Assembly (NCBI GenBank): GCA_012295275.1
Contig: CM022670.1
Span: 31,496,001-31,560,000 of the forward strand
DNA: 64,000 bases
Direction of reading: 5' to 3'
Source: Chrysomallon squamiferum
Taxonomy: Eukaryota; Animalia; Mollusca
Shown piece by piece: positions 36,679 to 49,900 of this stretch (position 1 is its first letter; each line of letters begins with the position of its first letter). Both the position numbers and the translations under genes were made by a program. The notes below the pieces were generated by a model. It was not told where the DNA came from and searched no databases. It saw only the letters and a list, made by a program, of their open reading frames with translations.

Positions 36679-36715
<37 letters not shown>
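36679..36715. repeat. (CA)n microsatellite
   Basis: Directly visible. Confidence 0.95.
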
Positions 36716-36719
<4 letters not shown>

Positions 36720-36859
36720 CCAATATAAAATTATTTCTACATCACTGGAAAAAGAAGGGAAAAAATTCAGTAAAAAGATACTGCGTTTATGATGGTACTT
36801 GATAAATAACGGAGTAATGGCAGTTTTATGTTCAGAACATTCTTTTTATTTTGGCCTAT

Positions 36860-36919
36860 AAACGTATAAGTCTTTCGTATATTAAGTCGTCACATTCAGC
36901 GGTTGTTGTTTTTGTTACT

Positions 36920-36991
<72 letters not shown>

Positions 36992-37290
36992 CTTGTCACT
37001 TTCCAAGACTGATTTAACTGACACTTTGAAAAGTCCTTTGTTTTACCACCTTGATATATTATACTATTTAAAATTGTGTTTGGTCTTCTGCATCTGAAAA
37101 AAGATCGTACAGGTGTTATTGTGTAGATCCAAATGTTCATGGAAATTCAAGATGAGTACTTTGATTACAAACCAGTATATACAGCCATGGGTGGAAATTC
37201 TATGGCTTGTACTACAGTTTTTCCATCAGACAAAATACTTCACATAATCAAAAAAAAAAAAAAGAAAAAAAAGAAAAAAAAAAGAAGAAA
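36860..37290 (+). mobile_element. Decayed non-LTR retrotransposon (RNase H-bearing, I-clade-like) fragment interrupted by (CT)n and followed by an A-rich tract
   Basis: Broken translation ...LPP*...KIVFGLLHLKKDRT...FMEIQDEYFDYKPVYT..GNSMACTTVFPSD resembles the connection/RNase H start (consensus VYTDGS...VACA.VF) of such LINEs. Recognised from memory, not from a search. Confidence 0.5.
36924..36986. repeat. (CT)n microsatellite
   Basis: Directly visible. Source of the spurious RE/LS-repeat ORFs. Confidence 0.95.
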
Positions 37291-37415
37291 AATCAGAGAT
37301 TCAGTTGCATTCAATTTATTATTTTTACCGACTCACTTTGTTAATAAAATGTTAAAAATTAAAACAAGAGACTCTTATTTATAATTTTCCTCAGAAGTTA
37401 CATTTTGTATTAGAC

Positions 37416-37625
37416 CAGGGATCACCAACGCGGTAATTGCGGGCACCAGGTCGCCCCCAAGAGCAGTATGAGTCGACCGTAGGCCTTTTCCTAAAATATT
37501 TAAACACTTACTGAGATAACAGAATTAAAGGTTGAATATTGATATTATCTGTATCCAACCTTGTTAGGTCACTGGAGATAATTATTGTGAGAAATCATTA
37601 ACATGATCAGTGTCTTCACATAATT
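37416..37625 (+). mobile_element. hAT (Charlie-like) transposon 5' end fragment
   Basis: Terminus CAGGGATCACCAAC preceded by a TAGA-type target, followed by GC-rich subterminal GCGGGCACCAGGTCGCCC. No matching right end seen. Confidence 0.45.
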
Positions 37626-37629
37626 GCTT

Positions 37630-38290
37630 TAATTTGCGAGCCAAAATCCGAGTAACATTCTATCGTCAGATATGCTGCCTCTAGTTGGCGCAACGAACAA
37701 CACAACCTCCGCCCAGCATCCCGTGTTTTACTCGTTTGCTCCATCTGATTACTTCACCGTGGAAGCATCTCTGTTATGTTGTGCTCGCGTTTTGTGCATT
37801 ATTTTGCCAAATTTCTTTTTTCTGGCCATGGATTGTAAGAAAGTGAGTGCAAAGAACAGTGCTGAGGACATGATGTCCATTGAATTAAAGCTTGAATTCA
37901 TAGAAAAACATGAGCGTGGTGTGCATGTAGTTCACTTGGCTAGGCAGTACGAGCATAGTACTTCTGCGATATGTACCATACTGAAGCAGAAGGAGTCGAT
38001 AAAGGCTGTAACTCCAGCCAAAGGCATTAAAATAATTTGTCTGATCTCCAAGAATAATACACTTTAAAAAACCAATTTATTTCTTTACATTCTCTTTTAT
38101 TTTGTGTTTATACAACATTTGTGATTTATGAATACATTTTTCTTATTTAAAAACACGTACAATTTTTTTTTTTTTTTAAATGGGGTGGTTTTGGAGGACT
38201 GGAACGGATTAACAGTATTTCAGTTAATTTCATTTGGGAAAATATGAGCAATTTGAGTTACTAATTAAACTTGTAAGTCGAGGTACCATG
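37630..38290 (+). mobile_element. Tigger/pogo transposon relic with truncated CENP-B-type HTH transposase N-terminus
   Basis: ORF 37672-38067 contains MMSIELKLEFIEKHERGVHVVHLARQYEHSTSAICTILKQKESIK (HTH_psq/CENP-B N-like) and no DDE domain. Tigger-like right end CTTGTAAGTCGAGGTACCA at about 38270-38288. Confidence 0.8.
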
Positions 38291-38734
38291 AGGTATTTAC
38301 ATATGGAAATTTGTACATCTATTCACCAGTTCAGATGTCTGGCTCAGGGACTATAAAGTGTATTTATTTACCAAAACCAACTTATTTTTATTTATTAATA
38401 TTTACTTTTTATCTGCTGTTTTAATGTGAACCCTTGTTTTATTCTTATTTATACAAAACTGACGAATTGAAACAGCATACCAGAAATACTCATTTACACA
38501 TGACAATGATTGTATTATAAACGAAGAATAACCGTTTTAATCCAACGATACTATTACTATGCGGGGACAAAGGCTACTAATTTCTGGCAAGACATTTAGA
38601 GAGGTTTATTGAAAGAGCTTTAACTGAAAACAGAAATTAAATATTTCACACCTTTCTCATTAGTGTGAATACAATAATAAATAATAAAATATACTTCTTA
38701 GGCCGAATATCTGTCAACAAAATCGCTGAATCAT

Positions 38735-38858
38735 TTGTTTTACTGCACTTTCTCCAGTTCAGATTATTTAGTGATTTTGTTGGAAGAATTTCTCCAATTC
38801 CACTTGTACAACTGCTGACACTGCTGGTTCTGACTTTCCTGCTCTGGTAAGACAAATT
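38735..38858 (-). pseudogene. Inverted, frameshifted fragment of the large DNAJC14 coding exon
   Basis: Minus strand reads LSYQSRKVRTSSVSSCTSGIGEILPTKSLNNLN versus LSYQSRKGSTSSVSSGTIGIEEILLTKSLNNLN at about 41211-41336. A 2-nt deletion follows. Confidence 0.88.
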
Positions 38859-39224
38859 TACATTAAATAAAAACTGTTTCTAAACCCCACAGCAGGTCGT
38901 CAGTATTAGAATTAATCTTATTTTATTATTATCTTATTTTTTCGTGACACATTTGCCATGATTTTAACATTCGTTACATTGTTACTGTCAGTTTCCACAA
39001 TGATGATTATTATCAGCTCATTGCGTATCATGGTAGCTATAGAAACTGCTGAATATGAATAGAAACACAAGTCCTTTATTATATTTGTTAAAGAAAAGGA
39101 AAACTAATTAAGAACAAAAATTTAAAATAAAGATATGCATTTTATTTAGATGTTTTATGTCAGGGTTACAAATAATTGAAACCACAAAGCTTTCACGGTA
39201 AAGTATCGTCTGCTTGTACTAAGC

Positions 39225-39310
39225 CGCATAACATCTCGCAGGAAGGAAGGCGAAGATACCGTCACGTGGGATTCGCGAGATTTTACAGAGTTGACAACTG
39301 CCATGCTGAT
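39225..39310. promoter_or_regulatory. Probable DNAJC14 promoter/TSS region
   Basis: CpG-rich patch with E-box GTCACGTGG (39261) and TTCGCGAGA (39272, TCTCGCGAGA-like), upstream of the acceptor at 40155. Confidence 0.45.
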
Positions 39311-40205
39311 GTAGTGTGGTTTCAAGATTTTTATGTCTCTCGTGGTGGGACATAATTTGTTACTTTTAAAAGTACATGCATTAATAGCTCGCAGTTGTAT
39401 TTATTGCTTCACTGATAGCATTTTACGACGAAATAAGTAATCTGAAGGTTGTTTATAAGTGGCGACGTGCATAGGCCTATCCCTGCTGGCGTTTCAGCCT
39501 GGAATTGGTGGTCCTAGTTTCATTATGCAAACATAGAAACTAGACATATTAATAATTTATTACCCCGAGATACGAAAATGTACTTATTCGTTTTTATTTA
39601 AAGTATTGTTACATTATAATGTTATTTGAAAGTCATCATAATCGTCAGATTTTAAGATAGGATCAACACCTTTTTTTTTAAAGTGGGTAACAATGTTTTA
39701 TATATATATAATATAATATAATAAATCATTCAAAATCTTAATAATCTTGATTATGTCATTTAATAATTCATAGTTGAAAATATCAGCATGCATAATCAGG
39801 TAAGAAAAACAATTATAACAAAAATTCAGAGATAGTACAACTTTTTATTATTTAACTTTATTAAGTCTATAATTATACTAATATTTTATTTGAATAATTT
39901 GGTGCAAGTCTGATGTGACCAGTGACTTAGTATGGCACATTATATCATATATCCCACATGGTCAGGTATAATTTTTATCAGAAAAGGCATACTTTTGCTA
40001 TTTTCAGAGATTTTAATAGTAAAAAAAATAAGAATCTAAGACAGATGTATGCTTTATAGAAATTGATAAATATATATATATATATATATATTTATTTATT
40101 TTAAGAATATTGAATACATTTTTTTTATTATTTTATTTATTTATTTTTCATAAAGGTCAGTCTGATCATTATTTTTAAGATGTGGATAAACACATTAAGC
40201 AAGTG

Positions 40206-43200
40206 ATGGCAGAAGGAGGGCAGAATGATCCATCCAGACTGCAAGGATTCCAGCTTCATTCTAATGGTCTTGGTAATAGCCAAAGACCTAATGAATCAAT
40301 GCCATTCAACAACTGGACTCAATTTAGTGGTGTGAATCCACCAGTTTCTCCGTCAGGGTTGTATTCATGGGACCAAGTCAATCTTTCACATGGTCTTTTG
40401 TCTGAACCATCCTTTATGAGACAGGTCCCAGTAGTTACAAATGATTATGTCACCAAATCTGAACCTGGACCACAATACTACTCCAAGTATTCCAGTTTTG
40501 TCCAGCAAGATCCACAACCCTTTGAGGATTTGTCTTCACCGATTCAGCAAGGTCATTCTGTGCCATGTCAGCATAATTTCTTGGATAATGCATTGCATAC
40601 AACACTTCCTAGGTCCATCCCACAGCAGTGTTTTTCAGCACCACAAAAGGAAAACTTTTCATCAGTGAACCAACCTCAGTTTTGTGAATCACCCCAACCA
40701 CAAGAATTACTTCTTGATTCATCACGACAGTTCTCTGAAGATTTTGTTTACAATATGGCTCACAGGGAAGGCTATGACATGTATGCTGAAGCTATGAACC
40801 AATTAAATTCTTGTGGCAATCATGGGGTTTACAAACCATTTGGAACCACTGACGTTCTAGGTCAGAGCAGACAGAAAGAATTCATTGAAGAAACTGCTGA
40901 CAGTACAAATACTAAGCCTACATACTCTGATGTAGCAAAAACTTTGAAGTCAAAGCCTATGCAAAAGCCAAAGGAAAAAGAGGAATTGGATGGCTTGAAA
41001 AAGAAAGTTGATAATATTCCTAAAAACTTTAAACCTGCTGTTAAAAAATCACACCCAAGAACATGTACTGGACGTACAAGGAGTTTGTCAAGTGATGGAA
41101 ATATTGGTTCTGTGGTCTTGCCAGATTCTAAGTATGGTCTTGATCAGTTTGAAGAAAATGATAAAAGTGGAGGAAAAGGAGAAAAGTTTGGTATATCTAG
41201 CAGTTCAGAAAATTTATCTTACCAAAGCAGGAAAGGCAGTACCAGCAGTGTCAGCAGTGGTACAATTGGAATTGAAGAAATTCTTTTAACAAAATCACTA
41301 AATAATCTGAACAGTGGAGACAGTGCAGTAAAACAAGCTACTGAAAATTCCAGGAAATCTGAACATTTAGGACTTTCAACAGACAGAAACACAAAAGAAG
41401 AAGTCAGCCCAGCATCACAGAAACCAAAAAATAATAATTCTTTCTTTGATCCTAAAAGAATATTTCAGAAGAGAGATAACAATTACAGGAAATCTGAACA
41501 TGTTGGACTGTCAGTAGACAAACACATTAAAGAAGAAGTTAGTCCAGCATCACAGAAACAAAAATATAATAATCCTTTCTTTGATCCTAAAAGAATATTT
41601 CAGAAGAAAGATGACAAACCGAAAGGTGATCACAAAAATGTTTCACATTCTAGATTGTCAGACACTGTATTAAATAATGGAAAGCCTGCTAACCTGAATA
41701 AGTCTTCGTCTGTGGCCTCAAAAAAGACTGATTATATCAACAATGACCTCAGAGATTCAAGAAAGAAGACTAATCACAGTGTTGCAATGACACGAGATTC
41801 CCAAAGTAAGAAGGCTGGTCCATCAGACTTGATTGAAAATGGTGGAGCTGATTCTGTACAAGATACAAGTGGGAAGAAGAAGAAAGAAACATCTAACACA
41901 CAAGCAGGGCTTGCTGCAAAGAATGTTCCTTTGACAGGACACATAGATTGGAAGTTGATAGGTACTAGTTGTGTTTTATTCCTAGATGATTATTTTCAAT
42001 TTTATTTTATTATTATTTAAAGACTTTCATTCTTGAATATAATTTTAAATTATTGATTTTTAAATTCACAGGTTGCAGACTAATCATCTTGAAATATCAG
42101 GAACATAGTTTTGATGATAGTTTCTGACAAAGGGATTTTAGCATTAACTTGAATAAAGATAGCTTGAAGACATTAATGAAACTATCTTATTCATTGTTTG
42201 AAAAACAAAGCATTCATAATTAAATTTTCCATAAAGTTAAAAAATTAACATTATACAATTAAAATAATGTTAAAAGAAATACATTTGTATATTTCATGCT
42301 AAAACTTATTGATATTGATCTTTAAAAACCCAAAACCCATACAGAAAATAATTATATAGCTAACGTAACATTGTTATATTACAGTACACAAAATATTTTT
42401 TTATAATAAGATAATATTTTACCAAATTATTCTTTCTTTTTTTTTCTTTAGTTTTTTTTGGTTAATATAAAATAAAAATAAAAATGAATGTACACTTCCT
42501 AATTTATCATTGCTACAGCTGAGATAACAAGATGTAAAAGAAATGAAAATAGAAATGTTTTATAAATTTCATTTTTCTTTAGATGATTGGTTGTCAGCTG
42601 TTGTTGAAAAAATTAAGGGTCCATTTTGCAATTTTTTGTCATTTGGACTGACACTGCTTATCTATCTTGTTGGAATTCTTATGTTTCTGTAAGTACTGGT
42701 ATGGAAACAAAAAGTTTAATCATAATTCCTTTCTTATTTTTGCTTTGGTTTATTTCTTCTTCACATTTGTAAACTAAAAAATAATTTCTTAAAAAATTTC
42801 AAGCATGCATTTTCATAATCAATTCACCCATAAACACTAATATTAAAAATATTTAACATACAGTGGTGAGTGATTTTTTTTTTTCTTAAATTATTCTTAC
42901 TTGTCCAAACTTGATTAATTAAACTAATGCATTATATATGTTTCAGTTTAGTTCGATAAGATCCATTTTTGAGCAGAACAGATCAATTAAGTAACAATAT
43001 ACCTTTATGTTTTAATTCAGTTTGATAATAAAAATTTATGGCAGACATCTCAGTAAGATAATATAGGGTGCTTAAGGTTAATTTTACTAATCAATATTAA
43101 TATTATGACCAATTAATCCAAGAGATACGATTTTCAGACCAGAAATATTGAAATTCATGGGCATTGTTAGTGAAAATGGTCATAATCAATAAGTAAAATT

Positions 43201-44303
43201 TTGTATGAATATACTGTATGAAAGGGTTGTCTTACCATGCATTTTTTTATTTCATTTTTTTTTTTTTTTTTTTTTTTTTGTAGAGTCACTGGATGTGTTC
43301 ACTGTATCTATGTTTTATGTGGAAGACTATGGAATTGCATTAGAACCAGCATTTTCAAACTGCCGCCAAAAGCCACATGGAATACAGAAAGTGGTAGAAA
43401 AAGACTTGGTCTGGAAGAGAATATTATGTTGCCTAACACAGGTATGGTGGCAGTTTGATATACATTCATTTTATTTGTCCTGTAAATGCTGCTTTTATTC
43501 ATGTTCAAAACAAATTAACTATAATCATTTTGTAACTAAATATTTGAAAAGGATAGATAAAGATACCAAAAGGCTAAAGTCATCACAGTTAATATTTCAG
43601 ATATTTTGGTTTATTCAAGAAACAAAAGAACCAAATAAATTATTGGTGGAAATAATCCAGTGTAAACTAAAAGGAAAATTAAATGAAATTGAAGATACTA
43701 AACATATATACATGTCTATTTTTTCAAACTTTGATTATAGGTGAAGAAGCTATGCGTCGTCTTCTTGCATGTAAAGGAAAAGATTCTTACAGGTAAGAGA
43801 AATTTGTTTGATTCTTTAAAATTAAAACTTGTGCAGTTGTGTTTCAATTTAAACCTTGAGTCATAAATAAAAAAATATTAAAGTTTATATTATATGTTGC
43901 ATGTAAATTTAACCCTTAGTCCAGGTAATTAAAAATTAATATTCAATGGATTTTTATTAAATGAATCGGAATGAAAATCCAACTGTTTGTTAGAAAATGC
44001 TTTTGATAATTCTTTCAGTGGCCTCATTCTGTTTTGATGAGATAATATCAAGTGTGGTTGTGGGGGTTTTGTTGTTATTTTGTTGCAAAATAAATATTTG
44101 ATTAATGCATTATCAGAAGTACCTTTCCACCTTTACAGTATTTTGGGTTTGAGAGCAGATGCTAGTGATGAGGATATAAAAAGGTATTACCGTAAACAAG
44201 CAGTATTGGTGCATCCTGATAAGGTTAGATATTTTTCTGAAATCTAATTTTCGATTACTTTTATATGTATTATTTTACTGAAAGGGGATGCATACATATT
44301 TGA

Positions 44304-44351
<48 letters not shown>

Positions 44352-46985
44352 CTGTATGTAGAGAGACAGATTGATAGAGATACAGGTTCATGTGAAATAA
44401 GTGAAAAGTTTGTGGCCTTCAGATACCTGTTTCTTTGTGTATCTCATGCATGCATGCATTCATTATAATTTGTTCTAGATTTTAATGTATATTTGTTAAA
44501 CTTTGATTTGCCAGTGATTTCTTGGTAGTTGTGATCTGACTGATCTATTTTTTTATGTATATATATATATATATGTCAAGAAGTAAGATTAATAATAAAC
44601 AAACCATTATTTAATATTATAGTCACTTAATTTTAAAATATCTGTCTTACAGAAAACTGGCATAGTTATAAAACTAAATGTCACATTTACTTGAAATAGG
44701 AAGTTATCTAAAAAATATAAATTATTGGGTGGATACAAAAGAATTAAAACTAAACTGTGTTTCTTGGATACTTATTTTGTTATCCATTTTTGTGTAATTT
44801 TAATTTCAGAACCAAGAACCCGGTGCCGAAGAAAGCTTTAAAATTTTGGGTCATGCATTTGAAATGATAGGAGAACCTGTAAGTATTGGCACATAGTAAA
44901 ATTGGATGTGCAAATTATAAAAATTATTATAGTCTTGACTAATATGTTTAGAATTTGTTTAGAAACAGTTTATTAGTTTTTTAATTTCTTATTTTTAATA
45001 TTTATTCATAAATTTTAAAAAAAATTAAACAAATACTGTTTTAGTGCCTTTCTTTTATTTAATTTACAGGCTAAGAGGAAAATGTATGATCTCCAGATGC
45101 AAGAATCAAGTGAGGCTGAAGCTGCTATGGTATGTTTTGAGGAACTGTTGAGAATGCTGTGTAAATTTTAAATTAAAAATGTTAAATTTTTTAATTTATT
45201 TTATTACTTACAACTTGTTTGTGTGTGAATATTTATAACATCTAATTTAAATAGTCTTCATGATTTTTAGTTTAATTTTTCTAGAATATAATTTAAAGTC
45301 ATTTAAAAAATTATATGTTTATATTTTTAAAACAAGCATTATTTCTGAAATCATTTTATTTGTTTTCATCATTTAATTTACTAGTAATATTCAAACATTA
45401 CAATTTATTGTTTTCAGAGAAAATTTTCAGATCTGTTATCTACATTGGAAAAAAAAATTTCAGAGGTAAGCAATTTTTTAACTATAATATTTAGTACTTA
45501 GTGACACATGATTTAAGCAAGTTTAGGACAATAATTACTTAATATATTATTTAATCCATATAATTTTTTCAAAATTCATGATATATGAAGTTATTTAATT
45601 GGAAGTTTATTGTAATTTTGGTGCAGAGGAAATTTACCCCAAAGCTTCTCTGCATTCCATCAAATTTTCATAGTTAGATTTGATATATCTGTGCATGCAT
45701 ATCTGTTAAATCCATTTTTACAAATAAATATGCAAATTTTTTTCAAACTGTTTGCAGGCAAGAAACATGATGCGATGTGATAATTGTGGAGGAAAACACA
45801 AGAGAATACCAATTGACCGTCCTCGCTACAGTTGTCGATTCTGTAGTAAATGTAAGATCAGCCATTCAGCTAAAGAGGTGAGGCATCTAGTGTGAAAGGT
45901 TTGCCATGTCTCCCATGAAATACTTATTTTTGTTTTCATTATCATTGTTATATAACAGTTTTTAACTATTCTTCAAATAATGGATTACTGCCCATCATTT
46001 CATACTCAGGAGAATTGTACACTTTGTCTTTTCTTTTTTTCTCTCTTTTTAGGCAGTGTTTGTACCATATTTGTTTAAACAAACTAACAATATAAAAGTG
46101 TCATATTTCATTCACACGCGTGAGAATAACATCTATTACTTAGACATAAATGTGAATTTGGAACATAAAAAAAATCTTAATTTAATTTTCCTATAATAAA
46201 ATGTGTTGTTATTGATTTGTTTTTAGGGTGATATTTGGGCAGAGACTTCAATGCTGGGATTTCGATGGCACTACTATGCTTGCATGGAACAGAATATTTA
46301 CTGTATAACTGAATGGGTTGCTTGCCATGTAAGTAATTTAAACAGTACTAAGAACTGAACTTTGAAATTGGATTGGAAAGCTATTTTTATCAGTGTTATA
46401 TATTTTTAATATTTATCTATTTTCAGAAAGACTTTTTTAAATCCATGCAACCCAATGCTCATCACGTATTTTATAGACTAGCAACAGAAGGGAACCGAAC
46501 TAACCGTAGGACAGGGTAAGACTATTTGAATACAGATTTCAATAATAATGTAATACATAAACAATAATATATTATTTGTTTTTGTTTGTTTTACTTAATA
46601 TTTTTTAAATAATCATTAAAGACCTAGGGAGATTATTTTTATATAGGTTATTTTTATGCCTGAACATTTTTTTCTTTTTTTTTTTTTCAACAGTTGGAAA
46701 ATTTCCAAATTCACAAATTCTTTTGAATTTTAATTTGATATTTACATACATTCAGTCATTTAAATTTAATTTCATTTGTTTTTCTTTTCTTTTTTAAACT
46801 AAAGTGAACATGATATAGAAGATTTTCTAAACCACTTGTTTCACAAAGCATCACAACAACCAGATGGATCAACTCCTTGGCAACAACAACAACAAACACA
46901 GTCTCAAAATTCTCAGTCACCTTGGACATCTCGTCCTTCTGCACCTGGTAGTAAAAAGGGAAGGAGGAGGAAAAAACGTTCTTAA
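40206..46985 (+). CDS. DNAJC14: DnaJ homolog subfamily C member 14 (DRiP78/Jiv)
   Basis: Exons 40206-41961, 42583-42688, 43284-43441, 43741-43792, 44139-44223, 44810-44878, 45070-45129, 45418-45465, 45758-45877, 46227-46328, 46427-46515, 46805-46985. Long disordered N-terminus, hydrophobic TM region, J domain with HPDK, Jiv90 zinc domain (CDNCGGKH...FCSKCKISHSAKEGDIWAE...ITEWVAC) and basic tail KKGRRRKKRS*. Confidence 0.94.
41351..41620 (+). repeat. In-frame tandem duplication, 2 x 135 nt (45 aa), within DNAJC14
   Basis: RKSEHLGLSTDRNTKEEVSPASQKPKNNNSFFDPKRIFQKRD and RKSEHVGLSVDKHIKEEVSPASQKQKYNNPFFDPKRIFQKKD. Units start at 41351 and 41486. Confidence 0.92.
44308..44350. repeat. (TG)n microsatellite
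   Basis: Directly visible. Confidence 0.95.
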
Positions 46986-49900
46986 TAATAGAAAGTTTAA
47001 TGATTCAGAACTGGAGTTTGTTGGCATTATAAAAGTGATATTTTAGGATGTGGCTGGTGGCCATAATATTTGTAAAATTCCGTATTTCAAATTAGTGCTT
47101 TTCTGTTTTTATCATTCATTTCTGTCTCAAAATAGAAATTGGTAAAAATGGTGTAAGAACAGAAGTACAACAGTTTTTTTTTTTTTTTAATTTTCTGTGA
47201 TATCATTAATAATTTTATTATAAAGATATTGTTTTTAAAAATCCAGAAACTTCCTTCTATTTATTTCTACAACTGCTTTAATACAAAAGATGAATTATTA
47301 AATAAATTAATAATGGCGGTATTTTTAATATTTTAGTTTGCCTAATTTTCCTTGTGTGTCATTAAGTCTATATATTTTGGGCACTGTCTGTGTGTTAGTA
47401 GTTTAAACAAGTGACTTTTTTTTATTATTATTGTTTGTGGTTCAGGAAAGGTATCGGTCAAATAATTCTATTATTACTTCATCAAAATTTGTAATTCTTT
47501 ATTAGTATTAAAAAAAAAATTGGTATTTAAATATGTATATATATAAATGGGTGAGAAAAAATCTGCTCAAAATAAATTATTAAGAAAGATTTAGTGGTAT
47601 TTCTCTTTCAGCAATAGGAACTTTTCATGTTCCAGACAACAGTTTGTTTCACATTCAAAACTAATGAGGCTAAATAATCATTCCAACACTGTGGCACTGA
47701 TATCAGTATCATGTTCTTATATATTTTTTTGTATAACCATTGCTATTAATTTAAAATTCATTATTTCTGGACGGGGTTCTGAGTTTTTTTTATCCATTTA
47801 TCACGTTGTTACTAACTGGATTTGGATTTAAGATCTTGCTTATATGTAACTGAGTATTGTCATTACTTGTTAGCTCAAGTCTGATTGTGGTTGCTTATAA
47901 CTGGATTAAGTTAGCTTGAATTTTAATATTTGGCATCTTGATTTCAATGCAGATTAAGAGGTATATAATAGAACTACAACTAATATTATTTTGTTTTTTG
48001 TTGTCTTTCTAGTCATTTTCTTGTTTGATTCACTGAGCAAGCAAGCTTTTATATGTCATTTTTAAAAAAATCGGCATACTGAGGCATTTATTTGTTACAT
48101 ACCTCTTTTTTTTAACTATTTAAGGATGAATGTGATGGTTTACTGTAAAAGTCATAATTTTATTTAGTTTTGCCAGATTACTGCCCCTTGCTGCATTCAG
48201 TTAAAATATTGTGCTCTGTTAATAACGCATATGCTTTATTTCCAGTTTTGTTTTGGATTTACAGTCTGCTGTGTGTGCACTTTCTGCTGTTGATGTGTGC
48301 CTTACAGACAGAAGAGATTTTCTTGTATTCATGTCAATTCATAATATAATTTTGTTTGCAAGCAGTATTTTTAAGAATGTTATAAAAGATTGCAGGTAGA
48401 ATGGGGATTTTTTGTCAATCTTTTTATATATCTTTTTTTTTTTATATATATCTTTTTTTTTTTTTTTTTATCCTTGATTTCTTTTAACGTTTGTTACACA
48501 ACAAGGATGCCTTTTGCAATGAATCTAAAGACTGAATGAAATTTCAGCATAATACAAGTTTTTTCATATTTTAATGTTTCTAACGCTATCGTCTGATTAT
48601 GTATCCCTTTTTTTTTTTTTTTTGTTATTAATAATTCAGTAATGATGAGAACATCTACTTGTGCTGAAAGCGACAAAAGTACTTAAAGTGCCTTTGACAT
48701 GTTTTAAATATTTTGGCAGATAAACTAGATTTACTGTTATCATCATTACTTTTTTTTTCAGAATGATTGCATTGTGGTAATTAAAACATGGTATTTTGAG
48801 GATTCATTCTGTAATATATTTTCATAATCTGCACTATTTTTAGTTTAGATGATTTTTTTAATATTAACAGTAATAATTAAAAACAATTTCAAATATTGAA
48901 ATAAAAATTAAGTGAAATTGTAACCCATGCTGAATTTTACTAAGCTAAGTTAAATCTAAGAAATAATTACTGATGCTAAAATATTATTAATTATATGGGG
49001 ACATTTTTTTTTAATTTTGAGCTTTTTTTTTTTTTTTTTTTTTGGTATGATAAAGGAATTACAATTGTGGAAAGAAAATTAGTTTATAAAAAGTGCCATA
49101 ATATAGTTTCTAAGCCTTTTTGCAGCATGCTTTTTATAAATGTTTTTGGGTGACATATACATACTATTAATCTATATTTTAATAAATTTCATCTACAGTT
49201 TGATATTGTATACTAATAGATGGCAGGCCATACAGTAAATTAGTTAGATTATTTGTAAAGCTGCAAGTCACTGATATTTGAATTTCTGAATGTTTGTCTT
49301 GTAAATAAACATTTTAATAACTGACACTGCTTGTCTTATTTGTCAGTTCTCAAACTATTTATCAATATTTGTGTTGGAGAATTGCAAACAAATTTGATTT
49401 ATGAAAAATTATTTCTGCTATGAAAACTGACAAATAAAGCAATAATTTGTTGCTCACTTGATAAATAAAAACAGGTTTAAATACCATATAAATTTGTGCT
49501 TAACAGATGTTTTTAAAATAACTTTTTTTTTTAAAGTAACTTTAGTATTTTGGTATTCTTTTTTCTTCATAAATTGTTTGTTGTAAACATCCAGTAAGAT
49601 CTTATTTTATTTTATTTTATATATGGAATATTTTATTTAACAGATTTTGAAATTATCTTTAAATGTATTTGGATTTAGATATTAACATGTCTAAATGACT
49701 CAAAAATTAATTAAAAAAAAGAAATAAACAAGTAAAAGTAAAATCATCCTATCAATTTAATTATATTGTTTTATTTGCATAAAGGCTGCAATGAATTTGT
49801 AGCAAATGTTAATCCTTGTAATGGGATTTTTAATATTTTTAATAATTTTTAAAACATTAAAAATTATAAATACAATTTTGAAATAATATTACCAAAGTAA

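Noticed and set aside
36856-37140. ORFs with RERERE/LSLSLS, and HTHTHT at 25149
   Set aside because: These are microsatellite translation artefacts.
40182-40205. ORF-track start (GTG, DKHIKQV) and its similarity to VDKHIKEEV at about 41514
   Set aside because: The first ATG is at 40206. An 18-nt A-rich similarity is too short to separate from chance.
43205-43744. 179-aa ORF
   Set aside because: It is an off-frame read across a DNAJC14 intron/exon/intron with poly-T. The real exon is 43284-43441 in another frame.
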